This document shows positions 1 through 7,477 of a DNA stretch of 64,000 nt, piece after piece. How positions within the stretch are numbered: the stretch's first letter is position 1; each line of letters opens with the position of its first letter. Origin of the DNA: Gemmatimonadales bacterium (lineage in GTDB: Bacteria > Gemmatimonadota > Gemmatimonadetes > Gemmatimonadales > GWC2-71-9). A program made the translations under genes and the position numbers. The notes under the pieces were generated by a model. The model ran no database searches. It was given only the letters and a program-made list of their open reading frames with translations, and had not been told where the DNA came from. The stretch spans positions 3,168,001 through 3,232,000 of the forward strand of contig OZ252244.1 of the NCBI GenBank assembly GCA_965249575.1, given 5' to 3'.

Positions 1-77
1 ACGCCACGACGGCGGTCATTGCGGTGGAAAAGTACCTGGCGGCGCGAAGGGAGACAGCTGACGTTGGCGGGTCCTGA
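1..77 (+). CDS. 3' end of an upstream gene, probably thioredoxin reductase (partial)
   Basis: Frame from nt 3 reads ATTAVIAVEKYLAARRETADVGGS* (TGA 75-77), resembling the TrxB C-terminal helix (GxxAAxxAERYL). Only 24 residues are visible. Confidence 0.45.
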   Translation, partial: ATTAVIAVEKYLAARRETADVGGS

Positions 78-711
78 GGTCATCTGCATTACGAACGGCG
101 CATTCGCGGAGAATTGCTACGTCGTCGGCGATCGGGAAAGCGGCGAGGCGGTGCTCGTCGATCCCGGTGAGGAGTCCGACCTGTTTCTCCGCCGCCTTGA
201 CTCGGAAGGTTTCACGCTGCAGGCCGTGTGGCTCACGCACGCGCATCTCGACCACATCCTGGGTGTCTCCACGGTCGTACGCGAGCGTAGCGTGGACGTC
301 TGCTTGCACCCGGCCGACCGCTCGCTCTACGAAGGGATTGCGGAGCAGGGCCAGTGGTTCGGGTTGCTCATCGATGATGTTCCCCCAGCCACCAAGCCGC
401 TGGCAGGCGGCGACCGGATGTCCGTCGGCGGGCTGACCTTTGACGTGCTGGAAGTCCCCGGCCACAGTCCCGGCAGCGTGGCTTTCGTCGGGCACGGCGT
501 GGCGCTGGTGGGCGACGCGCTCTTCGCCGGGTCGATCGGCCGGGTCGACCTGCCCGGCGGGGATGCCGATCAGCTGCTGACCTCCATCAGAACCAAGCTG
601 CTCACGCTTCCAGACAGCACGGTGGTCCACTCGGGGCACGGTCCGGAGACGACCATCGGTCAGGAGCGCGCGTCGAACCCGTTCCTGACGGGAGCGATGC
701 GGGTTGTCTAG
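64..711 (+). CDS. MBL-fold metallo-hydrolase (glyoxalase II-like)
   Basis: THAHLDH motif, PGHSPGS, GDALFAGSIGR, GHGPETTIG. Start moved to TTG 64, in frame with ORF 19..711. Confidence 0.93.
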   Translation: MAGPEVICITNGAFAENCYVVGDRESGEAVLVDPGEESDLFLRRLDSEGFTLQAVWLTHAHLDHILGVSTVVRERSVDVCLHPADRSLYEGIAEQGQWFGLLIDDVPPATKPLAGGDRMSVGGLTFDVLEVPGHSPGSVAFVGHGVALVGDALFAGSIGRVDLPGGDADQLLTSIRTKLLTLPDSTVVHSGHGPETTIGQERASNPFLTGAMRVV

Positions 712-910
712 CGGCAACGCCAGTGAATGGGAACGCGGTTTGGTGCCCGATCACGCACCACAGGACCTGCGGTCGCCCGGGGTCACGGCGCCCGCGCCCG
801 GGCCCACGTGTCTCCGGTGCGGGTTCGTCGTTTCCTCCCGCCCCTGGGGCTGCAAGAACCCCTGCGCCAACTGCGGGTTCATGTATCCGCTGGGGGACTG
901 CTCGGACTGA
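704..910 (+). CDS. Cys-rich putative zinc-finger microprotein
   Basis: CLRCG...CKNPCANCG...CSD (6 Cys, two CxxCG). A decayed second copy at ~4975-5087 keeps the same peptide. Start uncertain. Confidence 0.6.
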   Translation: MSSGNASEWERGLVPDHAPQDLRSPGVTAPAPGPTCLRCGFVVSSRPWGCKNPCANCGFMYPLGDCSD

Positions 911-935
911 GCCGCGCTAGGCCTCGCGTGGGGGA
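800..935 (+). repeat. Left copy of degenerate direct repeat (microprotein 3' part plus cupin 3' tail)
   Basis: 878-907 ttcatgtatccgctgggggactgctcggac matches 5055-5084 at 29/30 nt. The flanks align more loosely. Confidence 0.85.
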
Positions 936-1130
936 TTCTCGGCCACGCGATCGCATGGATGCTCACCGACGGTTGCGCGTTACGGCCAGTGTGACCGCCC
1001 CTCAACGTCCGCCGGCGACGCCCTCCACCTTACGTCCAATTCACCCGCCGTGTCGGTCACCCGCTGCGCATGCACGTTGAGGATGGCCAGCGCCGCAAAC
1101 ACGCCAGCCCTTTCTTTGTCGGGCGGCGGC

Positions 1131-1442
1131 TTAATCTTCCGGCGGATCCGGCGCCGAGAATGCATCGGCTAGGTCGGGGCCGATGAACGCATCGATCACC
1201 AGATGTTCCGAGCCCACGTTCTGAATCTCGAGATCCAGCGTGGCGCGCTCGCCCAGCGCGACCTCGCCGAACGCGAGCCGCTCGGCGGACAGCTCGATGT
1301 CCGGTCCGTCGGATACGTGATTGGCTGTGACGCGAGATTGGGGTCCGGAGGCCGTCGGTAGGCCGCGTTCGGCACAGGCGGTGGCGAAGGTGATCAGGGC
1401 GAGCACCAGTCCGACGGCCTTGGGGGTAGCTGGGCGAATTAT
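1131..1442 (-). pseudogene. Truncated lipoprotein with the start of an Ig-like (choice-of-anchor D/ASH-like) domain, copy 1
   Basis: Lipobox-like FATAC, then PDIELSAERLAFGEV...LEIQNVGSEHLVI. Start appears to be ATA (GGAGG-gacaa-ATA) where the paralog has acaaATG. Stops after ~100 aa. Confidence 0.65.
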
Positions 1443-1470
1443 TTGTCCCTCCGCGGCTGCGCAGGATCGG

Positions 1471-1486
1471 TGCAATATCCGTACCC
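1471..1486 (-). promoter_or_regulatory. sigma54 -24/-12 promoter candidate
   Basis: Minus strand GGGTACGGATATTGCA (GG-N10-GC, TTGCA), 29 nt before the lipoprotein start. Confidence 0.55.
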
Positions 1487-1488
1487 TC

Positions 1489-2985
1489 TCATGATTCACG
1501 TCGGCGCCGCACACCGCGGAGGGACAGGATCCCGAATCGATCTCTCATCTCGACCGCCCTTCCGTCGATGTCGGTCAATGATTGCGGCGCATCGAGCTTC
1601 CATGTCGCGGCGGACACGATCAACAGCACAATCAAACCGGTGGCTGCTGCCAGCAGCTCCGAAGGCAGTGCATTCTCAGCAAACGCGTGATTCCAGTATT
1701 CGAATGCAATCCAACTCACGAGACCGCCCACCATACTCGCGACGGCACCGGCCTCATTTGCTTTCCTCCAGTAGATGGCCGCGGTCATGGGCACGAACAA
1801 CCCCACCATCAGTATCGAAAAGGATTTCACCATCAGCTGATAAACATTCTGAAAATACAGTGCGGTAAACAGGCCTAGCACACCGACAATCACAACGGCC
1901 CTGCGAGTTGCCCGCAACACGGCGGATTCGTCCAGGCCTGCGATTAGTACCCGCAACACGTTTTGCGCGAATATGCTGGCAGGCGCCAGCATTCCACCGT
2001 CTGCGGAGCTCATCAATGCCGAGAACATTGCGCCGGCAAACAAGGCCATACCCAGCGGCGGTAAATACACTTTGCCCATTTCCGGCAGGACAAAGGCGGG
2101 ATCGGCAATGTCAGGCAACACCACAGTGCCCGCGATTCCGATGAGAACAGGAATCATAGCAATGGTTAGATACAGAACAGAGCTGATGTACATACTCCAT
2201 TGTGCGACGCGTTCGTCGCGCGAACTGAACACTCGCTGCAACAGGTCCTGCGAGGCGATGTTGCCGAGGCCGATCACGAGCAAGCCCTGCATGAACATGA
2301 TCCAGCCGTAGAATGACTGCTCGGGAGCCAATTGAAAGTGTTCCGCTGGCGCTTGCTGGGCCAATCCCTGCCATCCGCCGACATCGTCAAGGACCAGCGG
2401 GAATAGCACAAGCAGACCGGCGATGATGACGATGGCCTGGAAGAAGTCAGTCAACGACACCGCCCACATGCCACCTGAAAACGTGTAGCCAATCGTGAGC
2501 ACGGCACCGGCGACGATCGCAGTCTGAAAACCGAAACCCACGACCACGTTGAGGACCATGCCGAAGGCAACGAAGATCGAACCAACCCAGCCGATGTAGG
2601 CCGGAATGATGCTCAGTGCTGAAACGATCTCGGCAGTTCGGCCAAATCTCAAACGAAACAGATCTGGCAACGTCAGTAGTCTCAGCCGCCGCAGCACCCG
2701 AGCGTAGAAGATGCCGGCCAACAACAGACACAGCGCGGAGCCAAAGGGATTGGCGAGGACGCCGCGCAATCCACCAGTGTAGGCGGCGCCGGCGGCGCCA
2801 ATCAACGTGCCAGAGCCAAACCAGGTGGCGAAGACGGTAAAGACGCACAGGCCAAGCGGCAATTGCCTGCCCGCGACGATGAAATCGGCGCTATTCCGGA
2901 CACGGCGACTGGCCACAATGCTGACGTACAGCAAAACGATTACGTACCCGATCGCACCGATAGCGACCAGTGACGACGTCTGCAC
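1489..2985 (-). CDS. Sodium:solute symporter (SLC5, high-affinity choline transporter-like)
   Basis: DFIVAGRQL, FATWFGSGTLIG, YTFSGGMWAVSLTDFFQ, QDLLQRVFSSR, SALMSSADG; many TM helices. Confidence 0.9.
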   Translation of the reverse strand: MQTSSLVAIGAIGYVIVLLYVSIVASRRVRNSADFIVAGRQLPLGLCVFTVFATWFGSGTLIGAAGAAYTGGLRGVLANPFGSALCLLLAGIFYARVLRRLRLLTLPDLFRLRFGRTAEIVSALSIIPAYIGWVGSIFVAFGMVLNVVVGFGFQTAIVAGAVLTIGYTFSGGMWAVSLTDFFQAIVIIAGLLVLFPLVLDDVGGWQGLAQQAPAEHFQLAPEQSFYGWIMFMQGLLVIGLGNIASQDLLQRVFSSRDERVAQWSMYISSVLYLTIAMIPVLIGIAGTVVLPDIADPAFVLPEMGKVYLPPLGMALFAGAMFSALMSSADGGMLAPASIFAQNVLRVLIAGLDESAVLRATRRAVVIVGVLGLFTALYFQNVYQLMVKSFSILMVGLFVPMTAAIYWRKANEAGAVASMVGGLVSWIAFEYWNHAFAENALPSELLAAATGLIVLLIVSAATWKLDAPQSLTDIDGRAVEMRDRFGILSLRGVRRRRES

Positions 2986-3387
2986 TGTTTAGTTTCTCCT
3001 CACCCGTAGACCGGTATCGCCCATTTCACCCACCTCCTTGGCTCGCCTCACCGAAGGGACATGACGGCACTTCGAGCGTGGAGCCAGTTTCCGAGCGCCC
3101 TGAGGCCCGACGCTCGTGTCGCGCGTGCCGGCGATCTCGACGCTGAAGGCGCAATCGCGAGTCTCCCATTGTTGGGCAGATCGTCTAAACCAATGTTTAT
3201 GTAGGGCCAGATCAAGCGACCACGATCCGGGTGTTCCACGAGACCGTCTTTGTGTGCCGGTCCATCCGGAAACGCAGATGCTCTTCGGTCCGGTTTGTGG
3301 AGCCGGCAAGGGGCGGTGGTAGCGGTTGATCCACAGACCATGTCAAGTTGGCTGATATGACTCTTCGTCTTTGTAAGGAGATGGGAC

Positions 3388-4134
3388 GTGAGCGAAGAAA
3401 GGGTTGTCCTGATAACCGGATCGGCCACTGGGCTCGGTGCCGAGTTGATTCGGAGTTTCGCAGCCAAGGACTTTTGCGTAGTAATCAACTACCTCATGGA
3501 CGGCGAGGCGGATTCTCTTTGTCACGAGATCCAAGCCAAATACGGTCAGGCAGTGGTGTTGAAGTACCAGGCCGACGTGGCTAATCGAGCAGAAGTCAGA
3601 GCAATGTACGGCAAGATCATCGCAACGTTTGGCCGGGTAGACGTACTGGTCAACTGTGCCGGAATCAACCGCGATGCTCCGTTTGCCGCGATTACGGACG
3701 ACACGTGGGATTCCGTTATAGCTGCTCATCTAAAAGGGCACTTCGTATGTGGACAGGAATACGTATTCCACAATCCGGATCGTGAAGGTGTGATAATCAA
3801 TGTTGGGGCGGCTGCAGGATCAACCGGTCGGCCAAACGGGGCGAACTTCTGCGCGGCGAAGGCCGGTGTGATCGTCCTCACCAAGTGTATGGCACTCGAG
3901 CTAGCACCGAGAATACGAGTGAATTGTCTCATACCGGGATCTGTTAGAACGCGTGAGGTTACAGAGCGCTATGCCCTTGAAACTGAAGAGGGTCTGGCGA
4001 AAGAGCTGGCAACGCTACCAATGGATAGATTGGGAGAAGTCGAAGACGTTGCGCATATGGTCCATTGCATGGTCGATGCCAGGTTTACAACCGGCGCTAA
4101 CTTTTTCGTAAATGGCGGTCAGTACATGCAGTAG
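3388..4134 (+). CDS. SDR family oxidoreductase-like protein with non-canonical active site
   Basis: TGSATGLG, NCAGI, IRVNCLIPG, VNGG. YxxxK reads FCAAK. RBS aaggag upstream. Confidence 0.88.
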   Translation: MSEERVVLITGSATGLGAELIRSFAAKDFCVVINYLMDGEADSLCHEIQAKYGQAVVLKYQADVANRAEVRAMYGKIIATFGRVDVLVNCAGINRDAPFAAITDDTWDSVIAAHLKGHFVCGQEYVFHNPDREGVIINVGAAAGSTGRPNGANFCAAKAGVIVLTKCMALELAPRIRVNCLIPGSVRTREVTERYALETEEGLAKELATLPMDRLGEVEDVAHMVHCMVDARFTTGANFFVNGGQYMQ

Positions 4135-4252
4135 GCACAAACGAGTGTCGACGTACTCGTCCTGTCCGCAAGCACAGTCGTGTCATATGACTTTCGCGTG
4201 TGCCGTCGAATAGGCCGGATGCCATCCGAACATTGGAGATCAAGGACGGTTA

Positions 4253-4549
4253 ATGAGCACAACCCATGAAAAAACGACGGGCTCGAAGGAAAGCGTCACG
4301 GGCGTTTCAGTCTTTACCTCGATAGTTACGGCGACAGTGGTAGGTGTTGGTGTCGTTTCTTTCTGGCGAGGTGTTTGGTATCTGTGGGATGTATTTACGC
4401 TTGTTCGTCCTGAAGACAAACTGCTCAGCGCTTTGGCATCGACGGTCGTCGGGATCATAATATCGACTGTGATGAGGACGTTTCATTCGGTGCTCGCTCC
4501 GCCAATGGGTCGTGCCGATATCCGTTCGCGCCAGTACAAAAACCAATAG
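4253..4549 (+). CDS. Small two-TM membrane protein, Fuseless-repeat-like
   Basis: VVSFWRGVWYLWD followed by a second TM and RTFHSVLAPP. Confidence 0.6.
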   Translation: MSTTHEKTTGSKESVTGVSVFTSIVTATVVGVGVVSFWRGVWYLWDVFTLVRPEDKLLSALASTVVGIIISTVMRTFHSVLAPPMGRADIRSRQYKNQ

Positions 4550-4638
4550 TCACGTCTGTGACGGTTCGTTGTGAGGGTCGGTACCGATGTTGAAGTTCCA
4601 GTCTCGCGCCCATCAGGGCCAATGAATGGGTCCATCGT

Positions 4639-4865
4639 CCCAGATCTTCCGAGCCCACGTTTTGGATCGCGACATCCTGGGTCGCGCTCTCGCCCGGTGC
4701 GACCTCGCCGAACACGAGCCGCTCGTCAGACAACTCGATGTCCGATCCTTCGGTTACGTGATTGGCTGTGACGCGGGGTTGGGGTCCGGAGGCCGTCGGT
4801 AGGCCGCGTTCGGCACAGGCGGTCGCGATCGTGCTCAGGACGAGGGCAAGACCGATGCGTTTCAT
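4639..4865 (-). pseudogene. Truncated lipoprotein with the start of an Ig-like domain, copy 2
   Basis: MKRIGLALVLSTIATAC signal/lipobox. 45 nt identical to copy 1 (4779-4823 vs 1338-1382). Homology ends at NVGSEDL. Confidence 0.7.
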
Positions 4866-4890
4866 TTGTTCCGGCACTGCTCGAGGTCGT

Positions 4891-4906
4891 CGCAAGTTCT
4901 TGGCCA
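4891..4906 (-). promoter_or_regulatory. sigma54 -24/-12 promoter candidate
   Basis: Minus strand TGGCCAAGAACTTGCG (TGGC-N7-TTGC), 26 nt before ATG 4865. Confidence 0.6.
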
Positions 4907-4974
4907 GCACAGTGGCGGCGGACCTAACGGATTGGCGGTCTCGGAACAGGGCGGTTTCTCGGACGGCGCTGCCG

Positions 4975-5087
4975 CCCGGCCTATTTGTCTCGGAGCGGCT
5001 TTGTCGCTTCTCCCCAAGCACCACGGCTGTGAGAATCCCTGCACGAACTTTGGATTCATGTATCCGCTAGGGGACTGCTCGGACCGA
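4975..5087 (+). pseudogene. Decayed copy of the Cys-rich microprotein gene (right repeat)
   Basis: Reads ICL/RSGFVASP/KHHGCENPCTNFGFMYPLGDCSD with frameshifts, two Cys lost (S, F) and stop TGA changed to CGA. Confidence 0.75.
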
Positions 5088-5094
5088 ACCCGCG

Positions 5095-5436
5095 CTATGC
5101 CCCGCGTGGGGATGGAGGTGGGGCCATCCCCACGAGCAGAACTGCGTCTTCCACGGCTTCGGCGATGCCATGAGGCACCCCCGCGTCGGCCCAGGCGAGA
5201 CCGCCAGGACCGAGCTCCCGCGTTTCGGTTCCAACCGTGATCCTCGCCTTTCCGCTCAGGACCAGGTAGAATTTGTCAGCGGCCTCGTGCTCGTGAATGC
5301 GCTGGGACTGCCCCCGGGAAAGGCAGTTGATCCCCACGAACAGGCGGTCGGACCGATAGCAGTCCGTTTTCTGCATCTTCTCCCGGCTGAACGTCGCCAG
5401 CGCGAGTAGATCCTTGAAATGACCATGCTCCTCCAT
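5095..5436 (-). CDS. Cupin domain protein
   Basis: GQSQRIHEHEAADKFYLVLSG and AGVPHGI cupin motifs. Confidence 0.88.
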   Translation of the reverse strand: MEEHGHFKDLLALATFSREKMQKTDCYRSDRLFVGINCLSRGQSQRIHEHEAADKFYLVLSGKARITVGTETRELGPGGLAWADAGVPHGIAEAVEDAVLLVGMAPPPSPRGA

Positions 5437-5488
5437 GGATGCCTCCTAGTTGCAGACCGATGGACCCATCAGTGAACGGATCAGTCAC

Positions 5489-6901
5489 ATGAGTGAAACT
5501 CGTCTCGAGCGCGATCCCCTCGGGGAGTTGCCCGTACCGTCCTCGGCCCTCTACGGGGTCCAAACGGAGCGAGCCTGCCAGAACTTCCCGATCTCGGGCC
5601 TCAAGCCGACTCCCGCGTTCGTGGACGCGATGGTCCGGATCAAGAGGGCCGCTGCGCTCACCCACAAGACGACCGGCCGCCTCGACGGCTCCTTGGCAGA
5701 CGCCATCGTTCAGGCGGCCGACGAGATCCTCGCAGGGCAACACCGCGATCAGTTCGTGGTCGATCCGTACCAGGCGGGTGCCGGCACGAGTCACAACATG
5801 AACACCAACGAGGTCCTGGCCAATCGAGCCAACGAGATCCTCGGGGGCAAGCGGGGCGAGTACCGCCCGGTCCACCCGAACGACCACGTGAACATGGCTC
5901 AGAGCACGAATGACACCATACCGACGGCGATCCGATTGGCGGCGCTCTCCATGCTGCCAAGAGTCGCAGGGGCGCTGACGGCACTGGCGGCCGAGTTTCT
6001 GGCGAAAGGCCGCGCCTTCGACGCTATCGTCAAATCGGGGCGGACCCATCTGCAGGACGCGACGCCGATCCGGTTGGGGCAGGAGTTCACGGCTTTCGGG
6101 CGGACGGTCGAGCGCAATCGTGACCGTATTCATGCGGCCGCGGACTCGCTCAGGGAGCTTGGCATTGGCGGGACGGCGGTCGGCACCGGGCTGAATGCCG
6201 AGCCGGAGTATCCGGGCCTGATGGTGAAATTCCTGAGCGACGCGACAGGCGAACTCCTGCGCGTCGGAGCCGATCGGGTTCAGCTCATGCAGTCGATGGG
6301 CGACGTAGCCGCCTTCAGCGGCGCGCTCCGTGCCTACACGCTCGATCTGAACAAGATCGCGAGCGATCTGCGCTTGCTCTCCTCCGGTCCCCGCACCGGC
6401 CTCGCCGAGATTCTGCTCCCGGCGGTGCAACCCGGCTCGAGCATAATGCCCGGCAAGATCAATCCGAGCATCGCCGAAATGGTCAATCAGGTGTGCTTCC
6501 AGGCTCTGGGGAACGACACGACCGTCGCTATGGCCGCCGAGGCCGGGCAGCTGGAACTGAATGTCATGATGCCGGTGATCGCCCACAATCTGGTGTTCTC
6601 GATGGAGATACTCGCCAACGCGAGTCGGGTGTTAGCCGAGCGGTGTGTGGCGGGAATCGAGGCAGACGAGGCTCAATGCGCCCACTGGCTCGAGCGAAGC
6701 CCGGCGTTGGTAACGGCCCTGGCCCCCAAGATCGGGTATGCCGAGGCTGCCAAATTGGCAAAAGAGGCGGTCGAAAGGAACGTGACAGTGCGCCAACTCG
6801 TTGTAGATAAGGGGTTGCTGTCGGGGAGCGAGCTGGAGGAAACCCTTGATCTCCGTGCGATGACGGAGATCGGCGTGCCCGGGGAGCGGGGGAAAACTTG
6901 A
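5489..6901 (+). CDS. Class II fumarase/aspartase family enzyme (aspartate ammonia-lyase-like)
   Basis: GSSIMPGKINP signature, GRTHLQDATP, AGAGTSHNMNTNE, HPNDHVNMAQSTND. Confidence 0.92.
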   Translation: MSETRLERDPLGELPVPSSALYGVQTERACQNFPISGLKPTPAFVDAMVRIKRAAALTHKTTGRLDGSLADAIVQAADEILAGQHRDQFVVDPYQAGAGTSHNMNTNEVLANRANEILGGKRGEYRPVHPNDHVNMAQSTNDTIPTAIRLAALSMLPRVAGALTALAAEFLAKGRAFDAIVKSGRTHLQDATPIRLGQEFTAFGRTVERNRDRIHAAADSLRELGIGGTAVGTGLNAEPEYPGLMVKFLSDATGELLRVGADRVQLMQSMGDVAAFSGALRAYTLDLNKIASDLRLLSSGPRTGLAEILLPAVQPGSSIMPGKINPSIAEMVNQVCFQALGNDTTVAMAAEAGQLELNVMMPVIAHNLVFSMEILANASRVLAERCVAGIEADEAQCAHWLERSPALVTALAPKIGYAEAAKLAKEAVERNVTVRQLVVDKGLLSGSELEETLDLRAMTEIGVPGERGKT

Positions 6902-6926
6902 TTTCCGACCCTGTTGTTCGGATATT
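6898..6926 (+). promoter_or_regulatory. sigma70-type promoter overlapped by an IscR-type operator-like palindrome
   Basis: TTGATT-17-GATATT. ATTTCCGA-N9-TCGGATAT (6901-6925) is an imperfect inverted repeat. Confidence 0.5.
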
Positions 6927-6943
6927 CCGGGTGCGGAGGTGGC

Positions 6944-7393
6944 TTGCGGCTAACGACATGGGCTGAATACGGGCTGATCGTGACGCTTCATCTCGCGAAA
7001 CGGTCTGGTGGCCCATTCCCCGCACACGACATCGCGGAGGGGGAGGGTCTGCCCCCTGACTACGTGGAGCAGATTCTGCTCAAGCTTCGCCGCGCGGGCC
7101 TGGTGAGGAGCGTCCGCGGAGCAAAAGGCGAGTACCTGCTCGCGCGGGAGCCCGCGGACATTACCGTTCGCGACGTGGTCGCGGCGGCCGAAAACCACAC
7201 CTTCGAGGTCAACTGCGACGTGCATCCCGTGGCGCCTGACCGATGTAGTCCTTCCTCCGCGTGCAGCATCCGGCCGCTATGGCGGGCGCTTCAGCAGCGC
7301 ATTGATGAGCTGCTCGACAGTGTTTCGCTGGCTGATCTGCAGCGGGAGGAATCCGCGGTCGTCGAGTTGGTCTCCGTTTCTGCACGACAGTAG
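6944..7393 (+). CDS. Rrf2 family transcriptional regulator (IscR-like, 3 Cys)
   Basis: YVEQILLKLRRAGLVRSVRGAKGEYLL wHTH; C-x9-C-x5-C. TTG start after GGAGG. Confidence 0.92.
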   Translation: MRLTTWAEYGLIVTLHLAKRSGGPFPAHDIAEGEGLPPDYVEQILLKLRRAGLVRSVRGAKGEYLLAREPADITVRDVVAAAENHTFEVNCDVHPVAPDRCSPSSACSIRPLWRALQQRIDELLDSVSLADLQREESAVVELVSVSARQ

Positions 7394-7477
7394 TAGGGCC
7401 CTCCGCGACGCCGGACTCCTCTTTCGATCCCCAACACAACTCGAGTAGGGCATTGAGACGAGAGTAGGAGGACTGGG

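Larger units (their letters stand above)
936..4974. mobile_element. Accessory islet between direct repeats (no mobility gene seen)
   Basis: Bounded by the 800-935 / 4975-5113 duplication, visibly more AT-rich (especially 3300-4560), and contains gene remnants. Confidence 0.5.

Noticed and set aside
980..1165. 61-aa minus-strand ORF as a frameshifted continuation of the lipoprotein relic
   Set aside because: Possible, but I cannot recognise a domain; left unannotated.
4455..5024. 189-aa minus-strand ORF as an intact gene
   Set aside because: Only 4639-4865 matches the paralog. The 5' part crosses the promoter and the 3' part runs antisense into the Fuseless-like gene.
5276..6586. Long antisense ORFs (also 39603..40943, 47578..48702, 20253..21263)
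   Set aside because: Typical high-GC shadow frames opposite well-supported genes, with no recognisable motifs.
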